NCBI RefSeq assembly: GCF_006345805.1
Contig: NC_043008.1
Location: forward strand, 8,618,001 to 8,682,000
Direction: 5' to 3'
Source of the DNA: Octopus sinensis
Lineage: Eukaryota
Length of the DNA stretch: 64,000 nucleotides
Each line of letters starts with the position of its first letter. Position 1 is the first letter of the stretch. Below the pieces are notes generated by a model, which had not been told where the DNA came from, searched no databases, and worked only from the letters and a program-made list of their open reading frames with translations. A program made the translations under genes and the position numbers. Positions 26,469 to 41,868 of the stretch are shown here, piece after piece.

Positions 26469-28370
26469 AACCCAGTTCCTATACCGGGCTGAACAAAGAG
26501 TTATGCGCCATAAACAACAAACAACTTTAGATATGCTCTTCACTCATCAGGTTTGCGTTTGTGATAATGAAGTGTAATATAGTAAATATTGTCCCTTTAT
26601 CCTCTTAGTAAAGCTCCTTCCACCCCCACCGCACTCAGTGTAATGAACATCTTTTGTGATAGGAACGTACCCTTACGATATTAGTTTTCTTGTTAATTCC
26701 CTAACTTGCTCCTCTTGGAATGTGTTCGTGTATGTTTAGAAATAGTTATTTCCATGCGTAAAAGAGGTCGCCTTGCTTGTTCTCTGTTGCTTTCTTGTGC
26801 TTCATTTCCCGTTTTTGTTTTTTAGATTTTGAAATGTCTGTAATGTATCAATAATATGGAAACCAATGGGAAAATTTATTTCGCATTACGGAATTCGCGT
26901 TCTCAGGAATGCAGTACTTCCGTAAAGCGAGGGAGTTCTGTACTTTACAACATTTAATCACTGTGTACTCTTAGTAATGTAAATTTGTTTCATTATAAGC
27001 TAATGCTTCGAAATGCCATCCGTGGCACATAGCGAACCTGTTTCAAGTTAAATATATTTAGCTTTCATATGTATAATTTATATGACGCGACAGCGGATTA
27101 ACGGCTAATGTTTTAAGTTATATTATACGAACTTTATATATATAAGTGTGAATTCACTGTGGTTACATCCATAAAAAAAATTAACGAAATACAGATCGTA
27201 CACAAGAGATTGAATCATGAAGTGTTGAAAGACTAAGGTATCTTGGAGGTAAATTTTTTTTGTAAGTGCATCGTTTCACCTCATTATATTGAGCACGTAG
27301 GCAGAATGATACGTGTTATTCACAGTAAGGGAGTAGTTTCCTCTCAGTCGCATTAAGCTTCCGAACCAGCGTTAAGTACATTGCTTAATCTTCTTAAACA
27401 CATCTCAAGCATAATTATTTTATTGATATGGTAGGTGGGAGAGATCGTAGAACTATCGCGAGCATATTTTTTACTGCTTATTTTATGAAAGATGTAAATA
27501 AAAGATAATATTTGATAAAGCTCGAATGAATTTAGATATTGTAAGTTGCTGACAGCAATAATAAATGCGAGATGTTATTGCTCCCTAAAATAAGCATCAA
27601 TATTTTCTTTTTACTATATGTGTACTAGCTTCATAAAATGTACCATTTCCTTGAGATTGTTGTTGAACCATGAAGATTAATGTAACGAAATATTAATATT
27701 AAAAAGCCAGAGAATAAAAATTGAAATCGTTAATTTTTTTTTCCTATTAATTAACTTCATGTTTTAGTTAATTAATATCATAAATTAACAAACTATATGT
27801 ATCAAATTCTGCATTTTTTTTAATAACATCAATCAATCATAATTAATCTTAAATCTGTTTTGGATGTTTTCTCTTGTTAATTTCGTTTAATGTAAGACAC
27901 TGTTATATTTGTTTCACAGTTTTCAGTGTTTTCCATTAAATACAACATGTTTACTTATAAGCAACAAAACAAATGTAGCCTTCTAACACTTCCTTTAATG
28001 ATTTTTATCTTATTTAATATAAGTTTATTTTTTCTTTCCGCATCAAGTATTATGTAGCTAAAAGTGTATGAATACCTTTCTTATATGAGCGGATATGTAT
28101 ATACGTATATGTGTATATGTGTGTTTGTAAATGTCTCCGTGTGTGTGTTTATGTGTATGTCAGTGTGTCTCTATCAGTATCTGTGTGTGCATAAATATCT
28201 CTGTAATTGTGTGTCTTTCTCTGTATGTGTGTACAGTTTTCTATTCATGCACTATTACACAGAAATACGGGAAATTTTCTTGTTGGCTGTTCCGTTTAAT
28301 TCTACGTATATTCAGTCAACACAGACACACATATGTGGATATATAAATATGTGTATATCCTCATGTTATT

Positions 28371-28476
<106 letters not shown>

Positions 28477-28763
28477 ATATATATATATATATGTATGTAT
28501 GTATGGATATATATATATATATATTATATATATTAGTCTGTATGTATATGTATATGTGTATGTATAGATATAGATATATAGGAATTACTTGTAATCTTTC
28601 ATTAATTGAGATACCTACGGAAGTGGCTCAAGGAACTAATGTTTCGTGCCAAAGAACATATCAAACAATAAGTGTGTGTGACTGTATCCGTTTGTGTCAG
28701 TGCATTAATAATATGAATATCTACAGAGAAATTCACATATATACGAGTATATATGTATAAACA

Positions 28764-28794
<31 letters not shown>

Positions 28795-28967
28795 CACATA
28801 TATATTGTGTTTGTATATATATATGCATGTATGTTTACATATATATATATATGTCTGTAAGAGTATATATATATAAATATATTTCTATTCATAAAATGTA
28901 TATGTGTATTTATACGTGCATAAATGTGTATACGTATAAATACATAGATACGCTCTTGCACATACAT

Positions 28968-29039
<72 letters not shown>

Positions 29040-29705
29040 TATATATACATATACTTATACATATGTATGTATACATGTATGTGCGTATGTATGTATATAT
29101 ACATAAATACATTCTCACATACATACGTAGGATTCCTAAATGTAAGAGCGTTTATGTTTTTGTTCTGTGTATGTATTTAGGCAGTTCTTTTTATATCTAA
29201 ATTAATTCCGATTCTTCGAACTTCAAGTAATATGTTTGTAATACAAAGATTATTTTGGTCAAACTGTTGACGGCGTTGCATTCATTAAAGCGTCTAACGA
29301 AGCGTTCAGAAAAATGATATTCACTGAAGCTGCACTAATTTCATATATCACCCGCAATCGCACCACGCCTCATTTACCGTTCAGTCTACAACATTGCACT
29401 CACACCTCCAAAATCTCCAACATTGCATTTCCAGACTTTTAGTCATATTAACAACAAAAGCAAATAGACTGCGGTAACGATTGAGTGGCTCTGTTTCTGA
29501 TTGTAACGTTTGTTGTTTGTAATTTCGTAATCATACAAAACGATTGCTTCATCGAGACAAAAGATTACAGTGGTTCTAAACGCTGGTAATTTTTGGCTTT
29601 ATCAGACGCAGGTCATATTTTCAATTGTGAGCAAGTAGAACATCCTTTTTTCGGACACCGGGTACATAGGAACTAGCAGTACACTCACACACACACGTGT
29701 ATACA

Positions 29706-29852
29706 TGTGTGGTAAGTAGCTTGCTTACCAACCACATAGTCCCGGGTTCAGTCACACTGCGTGGCATGTTGGGCAAGTGTCTTCTACTATAGCCTCGGGT
29801 CGACCAAAGCCTTGTGAGTGGATTTAGTAGACAGAAACTGAAAGAAGCCCGT

Positions 29853-29910
<58 letters not shown>

Positions 29911-30137
29911 ATATAATATATATATATATATTTGTGTGTCTGTGTTTGTCCCCCCAACATCGCTTGACAACCGATGCTGGTGTGCTTACGTTCCCGTAAC
30001 TTAGTGATTCGGCAAAAGACACCGATGGAATAAGTACTAGCCTTACAAAAAGTAAGTCCTGTGGTCAATTTGCTCGACTAAAGGCGGTGATCCAGCATGG
30101 CCGCAATCAAATGATTGAAACAAGTAATAAGAGTAAA
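29706..30137 (+). mobile_element. tRNA-derived SINE family A with expanded internal (TA)n
   Basis: Alignment to the other copies; the internal array spans about 29856-29935. Confidence 0.9.
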
Positions 30138-33091
30138 CTATTCTGGACAGTTGAAAAAAATGCCTGCTGCAGAGAGTTACTCGTTTGTGTACCTGTGGGT
30201 CGGCGCGTAATATTGAGCGTACGTGTGTGGACCTTCAAGTCCGCTCAGTTTCCCATATTTATGGGTGAGAATTATATAACGGTTTTGTGATCCTCTTCAT
30301 CTTTCATAAAAATAAAAATCAGTGTATTAAAAATTAGGCAATGTTCCTATCAACGTATTAACATTTACACACGAATATGCAATGCATACGAACACATACA
30401 CATATGCACACACACGTACACATACACACACAAACTCACCAATGTATTTATATCACACTTTGCATGCGGCTAAAACACCAGTGTTTCTTTCCTAACTTAA
30501 CACACACCAATGTATATCTATTTAACTATAGAGCTGTATTTTATTGTGGTAGGGGCTGGCTAACATGTCTTACTCTAATTGTGTTTATAGACCAATGTAA
30601 TATGAAGCGATGAATACAAGGTAATATGCACCAGCAATATAAAAATGTGCACAAAGACGTGACTCCATAAATAATCCTACATATTTTATTTTGTTTCTTT
30701 ATTTTCTCGCTGGGAGGCGATCGTGGTGTCGTTGCATTTTATACGTATTTAGCATTAAGTGATGGCGTAAATTCACTCAGTTGCCCATAAAGTTGCGTTA
30801 TATAGATATGTCAGTTTATTTTTATTTCCATGTTATTTAGCATATAATAATATTTTTATTCTCATTCTGCTGATAAAGTACCGACGTAGCTTTCGCATAA
30901 CTATGTTCATTTCGGTGTTACTCCATTCTCTCAGCCAGCCTTCACTCAGCTTTCCATATAAATTTTGTGAGCGGGTCCGTATGCTCGCTTTATAACTGCT
31001 AAAATACATTTCTCGTGGTACACTTGATCGTAAAGTTCGTATTACTCATAGTCGAATTTCTTTTGGTACTTCTGGTCGAATCAAGGGAGCATATTCTACT
31101 TATTTTAGGGTTTAATGGTTTCTACTGGTGTCTCTAGTATTTAATTCTAAGTTTAGCATCACCTGGAAATATTTTAGACCCATGACCTAATCCTTCACCT
31201 TGCGTCAAAGATTTTACCCTTGGAACTTGCTATTGTTACACCATGTTTCCTTTATCTACCTTCGTAGTTATCATTTCTAGTGTATTCCTTAGACTGTTAC
31301 AATATCGGAAACGTACATATCACATTTTATTGAAACCTGAAACTTTACAAACTTTTATTCACAGTTCTATTTTACCTTGATTGTCGTATAGGTGTGAAAA
31401 TGGAACAAAGGAAAAGTAATTAAAATTTGAGAAGAAATATTGAAATGCCTATATAATTTCGGATTGGATAAGTTTGGAAAAGGGATTTTATTGCTTATCC
31501 ATACAAATGCAGTTTCATGGACAGCGATATTTTCCGAATAGAATAGCAGAGAAAGTGATAAGCGCAAGTAAATACAATTTAGAGGTAACAGAGAATACGA
31601 AAAATATATGCGCTGTGTATAAATAAGGGAACATAAGTAACGTATAAAATATACAATGTAAAATTATTACGACTAAACAGAAAGAAAAATCAACGATCAT
31701 AAAAGAAATTGAAATATATTTTTGTCAAATTACAAAGAAAAATGTGTGTAAACTATTAAGGTCAACCAAGCAAAGGCCGATAGCAATAACTTTGGGTTAT
31801 AATAATTAAATATTAAAACTTTTTAAATATAAGAACGTAAGAAATGTTTGTCGATAATGGTAATGAAAGATCCAATTCTTCAAGAAATGTAAAAGATTAA
31901 CGAATTCAAGGTCAATCATTAGAAAGTAAGATTTTTAGACTTTTCTTCGTTATTAAGAATTCAGATCTCTCATTTATTCCGTGTGAAATATTAAATTAAA
32001 TTTGCAGCTTCTCACCTAAAGTGTCTTCGTAAAGCAAGATTGAAAGCGAGGTTTATGCGTATACGCTGCAGCTCAATTTCACATTGTTTCTTTTATTTAA
32101 GAACGTTATAGATTATATTTTTAAATTTAAATGTGCTCGGAAAACCTCGTCGCAAAGTTCGTCTGCGGATGCGTGAAAAAAATATATACACTGGAACAGC
32201 ACATCCTGAATGCATAAGCATAACCTTGCTCATATCTATAATTGTATATATGGACATCAGCTATTGCTGAGTGTATCAGGCAAAAGCTAAATTTACGTAA
32301 ACACATCACCGTATAAAACGAGATATGTTTACTGATATGCACAATAAAATTTTGTTGAATATTTGGAAGGTAGTTTATGTTCTTATTAACTTTTCATGGG
32401 GGTTTCTGTTTTTTATTACAAGTCCTTTTTAGTCACAATAAAAAGGGATGAATCACGTAATGAATTCTTGGCGCCAGGCAATGCGACGTAGCAGATTTTT
32501 GCTCTACATTGTCATTTAACAGTTGAATTTAATATCATTTTACTTTCCGATGAATGATACATATCAAGATATTTGAAATTTAACAGAAACTCATTTAAAG
32601 ATACCTATATCTGATGGAAATGATCTAATCAGTTAAGCTTTACAAGTCAAACATATTCTGCAACATCAATAACACAACTTCTGCACGCACATGAAGCAGT
32701 TTTGCCGAAAACGTATATCATCTTAACGGTAATTCTATTTAAGAAGCATTCATATATTGAATTCAGAAGCAGATGAAAGACTTTTGTGAAGCTTCAACAA
32801 AAATGTTTAGTTTCTCAAAGAAACTTGTCAATTCTGTAACGTATATACACGGCTTCTTTTTTCCCACTCCTTCTTCAAGCGATGTTTCCTTTTATTTTGG
32901 AAGAATCACATGCAGAAAATTAAATGCCCAGACGGCACATTCGTGGAGATATTAAATGCTTATCTCCGACATGTTAAAACGTGTCGCATATCATATTTCT
33001 CAATCACATCTGGCCCCGATCTTACGCGCCAAATCTATGAGTTAACTGCCATCATTCTTCTGGTAAAAGTCAAATAAATACCTACTCTACA

Positions 33092-33202
<111 letters not shown>

Positions 33203-33203
33203 C

Positions 33204-33260
<57 letters not shown>

Positions 33261-33648
33261 TAGATATAGATATATACTAGTAGATATATATATGGCCATG
33301 AGGCAAAATAAAAATAATACATATCAATGAGTAACAGTAGAAGTACAGGTGTTTCTAACGACTTCCTTAATTGATTAATGAAAACATTACTTCATTATAA
33401 AGAAACCATTTTCGTCAGATGAATTCATGATCTTCAAATTAAGGATATTCCAAATGATTTAATATCATTCGGCCGGTACTTATGTACCAATTTTGATATT
33501 TACATAATATTGTTGTTTGTATATATTATTCCTACCTAACAAAGTGCCTTAAGTCAACTACCTAATTCAACTGAATCTTACTTATAATGTAACGGTGTCC
33601 TCAAAAAGGATTTTACGATCCACAAAGATCAGAATTTAATTCAGCTCT

Positions 33649-33724
33649 TCGCCCGGTCTGAGATTCGAACCCGCGATCGCTCGACCACGAGTCCGCTGCT
33701 CTAACCACTAGGCCATGTGTCTCC
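33649..33724 (-). mobile_element. tRNA-derived SINE head (family C), isolated
   Basis: GGAGACACATGGCCTAGTGGTTAGAGCAGCGGACTCGTGGTCGAGCGATCGCGGGTTCGAATCTCAGACCGGGCG has intact A and B boxes but no acceptor-stem pairing. It is homologous to the head at 38283. Confidence 0.75.
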
Positions 33725-35831
33725 ACTTTAATATTATTAGTAATTGTAAATTTGTACAGTTTCATATTACCGAACCTCCCCTAGTGAATAAATTCTGAAA
33801 GCTTTACCTTTTGCCAACAACACTGTACGTATCTGCAGATTCCATACTAAAGTAAGGATGGAACTGAGTGAATCCATTTTGACTTTTAATAATTTATGTT
33901 GAGTACGAAATGATTGATATCCTCTTAGGTGGTCAAGATAAGGCTGAATTATTCAAAATTTTCTATCAAATATTTGTCACGAAATATTCTATAGAAATCA
34001 AGCATTTGACTGAGATGACAGTCTCGCATGTCATGGATGGTCATAAATCAGATGCCGAAAAGATTTTATATACTCTTTTAGTAAAACAAAATGGATCATT
34101 TTTGCAATCGATACTATTATAAATACATTTATTTACATATCACGTTAAACCTGTATACACAAAATATATCCTAACCAAAAATAAGTGAGAAATAATAAGA
34201 ATTCCAAATACCCAGATAATGCTGCAACTCATTCAATTCCTAACCTAAAATTATATAATTAATATGCTCTCACACAAACTTGTTCATTATCACTTCTAAT
34301 TCTTAATAAGAGACATTCCTCAACATTGTACATAAAATACAATTAGAACAGATTCAATTAAAATTAGCAGTTCTTGCCATAAACTCCCGCCTGCTCGATT
34401 AAACATTTCGATTTTCAAAATGCTCTTTAATATCAAGAATGCGATCCCACTGCCAGTAGGTCCTTTATAAATCCGAACATGTGTCTTCTCATCGGTAATT
34501 ATCTTTCCAAAGTATTAGCTTATTGTGCTCAGATGCAAACATTTATCAAAGAATTTGCTCGAAACATTCAGGAGGAATGATTTTCATCGAATTCTTAGTC
34601 TTGAGAAGTAATCTAACCCAACCCTATTTACTACTGGATTGCAGTGAGAAATACTTCATCGTATTTTATTACTAAAAGCCAGAAAATGAAAATTTTCTGC
34701 GTTTCCAGGCAAAGATTGAAGGATTTGCATTTTCATTTAAAAAGTGAATGTTTGCCTCTATCGTTTTCACCCCATCCCCCATTCGCTTTATTAAATAATT
34801 GCCATATTACATTAATAACTTACTTATATTATTTCTCTTTCATTCTCTCAGAATATATTTCTGAATACGATGTAATCGAATTACCTAACACTATCAAAAC
34901 GGCATGCCTTCTGCTACGAGTATTAAGAATTATATTTCAGATTAAATAAAGCCTCCAGTGCACTTGGATACACTTCTTCGAACGTTTTGGTGAAGACAAC
35001 GCAGTTGATTGTACGTGGCGACTCTACATGCTAGAAAAAAGCAGTCGTATACCATTCATGACTTTGACAAATAACATATTGGATAACGCAATCAAAAATA
35101 CAAACTGTCAGAGAAATATGTAGGGCATTTTATTAATTTTATATCATTTACCTCAGTCTGAAGTCAGGGTTAATGAAAGCAGAATCTTTTTTCCTGTTAT
35201 GCATATGCGTATGTGTATGTGTGTATAATAGTGAGGTTCGAGTGTGTGTGTGTATGCATATCTGTATTTATGAATGTATGTATAAGTTACATGAGTATAG
35301 TTTTTAAAAAAGTAATAGAATGATTAATTAAAGAGACAAAAATGTTTAATTATATTAATAGATCGTAATATATATTCATGTGTGATACTTTACAATGCAA
35401 CCATATGTCATTAAAATATATTAATAGAAATGTTACTGCATGAAGCAGGAAGAATATATAGATTTAGATATTGTTGCGGTGAAATCCTGACACCCTTGTG
35501 AGGTAGCAAGTGAACTGTCCTAAACATTATAAAGGCGCGTACGTACTGAGAGCGCGAGGTATAGTGTGGTGTGTACAGTAGCATTTTCGAAGGCAGTCGT
35601 AGCAGTCGTTGAGAAGAAATATAAGTTTGTTACATGTAGTGACATCACGATAATCAACGATGATACATGGAAAAATTTAGAGAAGCCTATATTGAAAACC
35701 ACTTCGAAAATTGCACGAGATACTTCAGGGAAACAATTGCGATTTTTGGGCGAAATGATAAGTGAGGTGACATTTCGTAGAAAATCTTTGAAAGCAAAAT
35801 ATTTATATATATATATGTATGTATATATATG

Positions 35832-35870
<39 letters not shown>

Positions 35871-35871
<1 letters not shown>

Positions 35872-36240
35872 CATGACTGATCTCAATTTCTGAGACCACC
35901 TTAAAACATTGGAACCCTACTCTCTCCAGTGCCGCCGTGAGCGGTACATCTTTTGTACTATGTGGAGAATATAACGCCAACATTGCCCAAATGACCTCAA
36001 CATTAGCTTTAAAATTCATCCACGGCTAGGACCACGGGCCATACATCCCCTACCCAATTCAGGATCACAACGCATAAATACACTGCAACACAATTTGTTT
36101 TCCTTAACAGGCCCTCCTCTATCTAACATTGTCCCAAAGCAGATCAAAGAGGAGAAGGATCTCATCCCTTTTAAACGGAATCTGGACAGATTTCTTCAAG
36201 GATTACCAGATAAGCCACCTATACCTGGATACAACCTATC
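35871..36240 (+). mobile_element. CR1/L2-type LINE 3' end remnant
   Basis: DLNF*DHLKTLEPYSLQCRRERYIFCTMWRI...GPPLSNIVPKQIKEEKDLIPFKRNLDRFLQGLPDKPPIPGY matches the Y.ERL..L.LYSL.RRRER...GP.LFN.LP...FK..LD.FL..IPD.P C-terminus of CR1-group RT proteins. Confidence 0.85.
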
Positions 36241-36307
36241 GTTTAGACATGGCCTAGACCAATATTTGGTCGAAACATATCTAAGTTTTATCTAAGATTT
36301 TATATAT

Positions 36308-36420
36308 ACTCTTTTACTTGTTTCAGTAATTCAGCTGCGTCCATGCTGGAGCACCACCCTTAGTTCAACAAATCGACCCCAGGATTTATTCTTTGTAAGC
36401 CTAATACTTACTCTATCGGG
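36308..36420 (-). mobile_element. SINE family A, 3' fragment
   Basis: TACTTGTTTCAGTAATTCAGCTGCGTCCATGCTGGAGCACCACC...TTTGTAAGCCTAATACTTACTCTATCGG. Confidence 0.8.
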
Positions 36421-36498
36421 CCCCCTGTACATGTATATGAGTGTACGTGTGTCAATATATGTATTTTTGTGTTTGAGATTTATTTTCTTCCTTTGCAG

Positions 36499-36568
36499 AA
36501 TTCAAGCTCGTTACTTTCTATCAAAGTGGCAAGTTTCGAGTGTTGAAGTGGATTCTTCACTTGCGATT
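36499..36568 (+). CDS. Candidate short internal exon (IQARYFLSKWQVSSVEVDSSLAI), product unknown
   Basis: Strong acceptor TTTTCTTCCTTTGCAG, weak donor GTAACT. No homology recognised. Confidence 0.2.
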
Positions 36569-37756
36569 GTAACTTTCTGAAATATTTTCTGTGAGAATAA
36601 GTCAGCGTGTCCCTTCCTGTGCACATGTGTACATGCCTGTTCTCGTGTAGCGGTGGTGTATATAATATCAGTACACATTAATGCATGTGTGTGTACATGT
36701 GTGCGTGGGTTCGTGTGTATGTACACGTGTGCGTCGGTCCGTGTGTGTGTGTGTGTGTGTGTTTTAGGTAGATATAATTAAGTGAACATTTCAACCGGGG
36801 ACCTCAAATGGTAAATAACTATAACATTTTATATGAATTGCATTTTGAAAATGCAAACCTGTTTTCTCAATTTCTTTTTCTTTTTTTTGGGTTTGTATTT
36901 TTGATGTGCACATTTCTATACTTTTATGCAGATATGCGGCTATTTAACCTAACAAATATAAATCTATAACTTGGATATAAGAAAGGTAGGTTCCCCTTTG
37001 ATGTCCTCTTTTACTGCAGTATTTGACGAAACATTCACAACCAACAGGCTGCATCAGCGTAGCATTTTTGCACCCTGTCCCACATAACAATATCCACCCC
37101 ATTTTGATTACAGAGGATTACAGCTTATCGTGAGAAGTTTCAACGGCCTTATTTTCAAAGTTGTACATATATTCAGACGTTCATATGTTTTTGGAAAGGC
37201 CGCCAGGACAATTCTTCTTGTGTATAGCATTGTTGACCGTATTTGTGACAGCCTTTTGTTTCATAAGAATATATTACCAAGTGGACGTGTTTGTACAAGA
37301 ACATATTGATATCTTTGATATCTTCCACACTGATATATCACAATCGGAATTTCCTACCAAACAGTGGACGTTTAAGGCTCCTTTATCTCTCTTAACTACC
37401 AGGAATTCATTAATTATCACCTTTTCCTGGATAACAAAAAACATAGAATTCTAGATAAGATATGATGAATTTATTACAGCTCTAGAAGAGGCTATGCATT
37501 CCTGCCATTGCAAATGGTATTCTCAGTTGTAAGAGATATGTGCCAGCCATGATTTATATGATTTTTCTATTGGCATGACAACTCCTTTTTGCTCGGAAGA
37601 TTTTCATCTCTTCTCTTGTATTCTTACATTCTCTATGAATGTATGTACGTTCTCTTCTGTTTTTAATTATTTAAAATTTTCCTCTAATGAAGGAGCTGGT
37701 TTCTAACAAAGATACAAAACATCATCATTGGAACGTAGATAACGAAAACAATGTCA

Positions 37757-38250
37757 CATTTGAAACTTGAAAAAAGTTTTGCATATTTTTACTGTTCTGT
37801 TTACAGATTGTATCTGTAACGTGCGAATTAGTTGGATGCTTTCTTTTTCTGAAAATCCAAGTTTATCCAAAATCAGGTGCACCAATTATTATTGGTATAA
37901 ATATAAATTTGTAAATTAGCAGTCTGAATATGGAAGCTAAATGTTTCGAACATTTTTCCACGGTTGTCTTCTTTGTCTTTGATTTTCAAAGAAATATTCA
38001 CATCAGCAGGACAGCTGACCTCTATAACTGTACATACTCTTTCTTGTCTATCCCAAACAACAATATATGATCTGTTTACGTTTAACAAATGTTTTGATGG
38101 AACTGTCCCACCGGTATTCCTTGTACTGATGTTTGTATACATATTCAATAACAGGAGGATTCTCTATATCCAGGACAGGCACTTTTTCACTGATTCCACT
38201 GTATGTTCTTGTGACAACATCGTAAGGAAGAAAGTATTTTGATGACATTT
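37757..38250 (-). mobile_element. Degenerate RLE-type non-LTR retrotransposon 3' end, second family
   Basis: MSSKYFLP.YDVV...KEYRWDSSIKT...NRSYIVVWDRQERVCTVIEVSCPADVNISLKIKDKEDN...IPIIIGA...LQIQSVNRTVKICKTFFKF. The catalytic PD is mutated to SY and there are several frameshifts. Confidence 0.8.
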
Positions 38251-38282
38251 TGTATTTGATGCTTGTTATATCCCCACGCGTG

Positions 38283-38651
38283 AGGGCGCAATGGCCCAGT
38301 GGTTAGAGCAGTGGACTCGCGGTCACAGGATCGCAGCTTCGTTTCCCAGACAGGGCGTTGTGAGTGTTTATTGTGCGAAAACACCTAAAGCTTCACGTGA
38401 CACCGACAGCCGGGCGTACCTGCTGTATTCTTCCACCACAACTTTCTCTCACTCTTTCTTCCTGTTTCTGTTGTACTTGTATTTCAAATGACCAGCGTGT
38501 TCATACTCTGTGTCGAGCTGAATCTCCCCGAGAACTGCGTGAAGAGTACACGTGACTGTGAAGTGCTCAGCCACTCACATTAATTTCACGAGCAGGCTGT
38601 TCCGTTGATCGGATCAACTGGAACCCGCGTCGTTGTAACCGACGGTGTGCC
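38283..38651 (+). mobile_element. tRNA-derived SINE family C, full-length
   Basis: Head GGGCGCAATGGCCCAGTGGTTAGAGCAGTGGACTCGCGGTC... (A box, decayed B box), then a body ending TTAATTTCACGAGCAGGCTGTTCCGTTGATCGGATCAACTGGAACC...GTAACCGACGG.GTGCC. Confidence 0.75.
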
Positions 38652-39705
38652 ACGATATTCCCACGCACAACTGAAATGGGGTTCTGATTTTATCATCGAA
38701 AATGTAAGAAGAAATTTCTCACAGCTCTTTTGAGGATGACGGTACAGCATTTTCGTTATATTGGAGTTGTGTTCTGTCTTGGAAATATCAGCAATTTAGA
38801 ATTATTTTTCAATAGCAATAATAAAGCAGCTTTATTTGTGAAAATAACGTCAATGACAAGATTACTGACAGAGGAATATGTACGGAAAGGAAATACGGAA
38901 AGAAGAAATACTTACTTATCGCGATATCAGTTTGTGTTAGAAGTGAAAAGAAATATAAATAAGGTTATAGAAGAAAAAATGATTATACGAAACTTGAAAA
39001 TACAGAATACAACATCATAATAAAATGTATTGATATGGTAATTTTCAGCACAAAATTTAATTAAATAGACGATAACATTTTAATTTGTCTAATATAATCA
39101 TGAAAGCTTATAAAAAGAAAAGAAGTTTAAGGTAAGAATATAAAATATGGAACAAAAGACGACATACGAAGAAGCGACACTTCACTCTAACATAATTAAT
39201 ATACAGCAGAGAATGGATGAAGTGGAAATTCCATAAAAAAATAGTATCATCTTTTAGAATGTAATGTAATTTAAATCTGAAAGAAAAAAAAAAACATGCA
39301 TGAAAATAACCCGAGTAATATGCATATTTGTATCGCTGTATTTGTTCGGGTTCACCGAAGTAGCTTAATTAGCTTTGCATAAACATCTCGTTTCTATTTC
39401 TTTTTTCTAGTTTATCTTTTGATAGAAGCTAGGTCATATAAATGTCTCCACCTTCACGGCTTCAAGCACAACATCTTGCAGACTTCTCCCCTTCTCATAA
39501 TTTACCTCCCACTAAGCCTCATCATATATATATATACACACCAACACATTATTTAAGGCATGTATATAGATATTCATATACATTAAACATATATGTACTC
39601 ACACAGACAGAGACATGTTCACGCGTACACAGTAATACACGCCCATGGAAATATATATATATATATATATTTCCATGGGTGTGTATAAGTGTGTGTACGC
39701 GTACG

Positions 39706-39743
<38 letters not shown>

Positions 39744-39934
39744 TAGATAGATAGACAGATATATAGATAGTTAGATAGATAGTTAGATATATAGATACAT
39801 GCATATATATACACACACACATATATATGTATAAATATATATGTATGTATGTATATATATGTGTGTGTGGGTATGTGGGTGTGTGTGTACGTATATATAT
39901 ATATGTATATATATGTACGTGTGTATATAATATA

Positions 39935-40003
<69 letters not shown>

Positions 40004-40830
40004 GTAAGCACGTACACACATTGTCAACAACAATAAAGGTATAAATTTTGTTCCACAGCATCTAAATTGCAAATACCTGAAGTTCAGTTTATTTCTGTCT
40101 TGCATCTTATTTGAAATACTAATTAGTTGTAATTCCTTTGTTAATTTCATTAATATTTTCTTTCGTATACATTTTTCTGTAGCTAAGCATGCATGTGTGT
40201 GTGCGTGTACATATACATGATTGTAGTGTAATAAATGGCTTCATAGAATCATGGAGCTCATCGAACGCACCTGGCTAGCAGACCACATAGTAATCCTATA
40301 CGGAGAAATATAATGCAGAGTTCTACACAGCTGACATCCAGAAGATTCAGTCGTTGAAATAATTCCATGAGGATTATATGAACCGTAGGATAATTAGGAG
40401 GTATGAGTGGTGATAGGATTACAGCCGTTTCGCAGCCTTCATTATCTAATAGTTATTTTAGTGTATTACAAATTATTTTAGTGTCTGCGCTAATATGCAT
40501 GCTATGCATTATACACTACAGTTTATATTTAAAAGCCAGGATATAAACTAATGATGATATAGCAGTGATTTGATTCTGGTTCTCTGAGGATGGGCCTGTT
40601 TATATGTATTGTTGCACCATATTAATACAGTATTGCGAGTAACATAAGTAATATTCACCAATTAACAACTGATAATGATATGTTGAAACAAATGTAGTCT
40701 GTTGAATCCAACTTCCCTTATAAAATTCATATATATAAAGTTTCGAGTATATTCTATCTTCGTCGTCAAGTATAAAATTTGCAGAAAAGAAAAAAAGTTT
40801 GCTAATGTTTTATAAATACAAGGAATAGTT

Positions 40831-41520
40831 TTATTCATCAAAGTATGCATCCATATTGTAAATACACTTTTGCCATTTCAGCAGTAGCTCGTCCAGCCCA
40901 GAACTGTAAAAGATTGGCAATCTAGAGTTAGTAAAATCTTGGAAGGCCTGTTTTACAGCATCTTTGGAATTAAATTTTTTCCTATCAAAAATTTATCCAA
41001 GTTCTGGAAGAAGTGGTTGTCAATGGGAGCAAGATCAGGTGAGTATGGTGGATGATGGAGAACTTCCAACTCCAACTCCTGTAGTTTCACCAATGTCATT
41101 TTGCGATGTGCGGTCTGGCGTTGTCTTGAAATAAAATAGGAGTCGGTCTGTTGACTAATCTATGCTGGGTTTTTTCTTTGTAACTTTCTGCATCATTTGT
41201 TCTAGTTGGGTGCAATATACTTCGGCCGTGATTGATGAGCCAGGTTTAATGAAATCATAATGGATCACACATGCGCCGGACCACCAGCTTCTTTTTATGA
41301 ATTTGTTTTTTGGACTGTGTTTTGGTGGTTCATCTTTGTCCAATCACTGTGCTGAACGTTTACGGTTGTTGTATTGGATCCACTTCTCATCAAGTTACAA
41401 TTCGATTCAAATATGATTCATTTTTGTGACGTCAAAGTAGCATAATGCAGGTTTCCAAACGTTGCTGTGTTTCTGATTTTCATTGAATTCATGTGGAACC
41501 CACTTATTCAACTTTTTCCC
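40831..41520 (-). mobile_element. Degenerate mariner transposase (3' two-thirds)
   Basis: KKLNKWVPHEFNENQK...LNRIVT.DEKWIQYNNRKRSAQ*LDKDEPPKH...VIHYDFIKPGSSITAEVYCTQLEQM...FY.SGLDELLLKWQKCI...AYFDE* contains the WVPHEL-like and DEKW mariner motifs. It is cut on the 5' side by a family A SINE. Confidence 0.9.
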
Positions 41521-41527
41521 TATTTTA

Positions 41528-41868
41528 TTTGTTTCAGTCATTTGACTGTGGCCATGCAAGAGCATCACGTTGAAGGATTTTAATCGAACAAATTAACCCC
41601 AGGACTTATTTTGTAAACCTAGTAATTATTTTATGAATCTCTTTGCCAAACCGCTATCTTGCGGAAACGCAAACACACCGGGATGGATTAACACAGGCAC
41701 AAATATACACATATGTAAGACGGGCTTCTTTCAGTTTCCGTCTTCCAAATCCACTTACAAGGCTTTGGTCGTCCCGAGGCTATAGTAGACGACACTTTCC
41801 CAAGGTGCCACGCAGTGGGACTCAACCATGTGGTTGGGAAGCTAGCTTCTTACTACACGGCCACGCCT
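41528..41868 (-). mobile_element. tRNA-derived SINE family A (diverged)
   Basis: Alignment to the other copies. Confidence 0.85.

Noticed and set aside
31100-31310. Possible CR1-type RT relic (minus, VDKGNMV...KIFD) and possible RTE relic at 34400-34530 (YFGKIITDE...AFLILKSILK)
   Set aside because: Only a few residues match and frames are broken; too weak to call without a profile search.
33649-33724. tRNA gene
   Set aside because: A and B boxes are present but the 5' and 3' ends do not form an acceptor stem; it is homologous to the SINE head at 38283.
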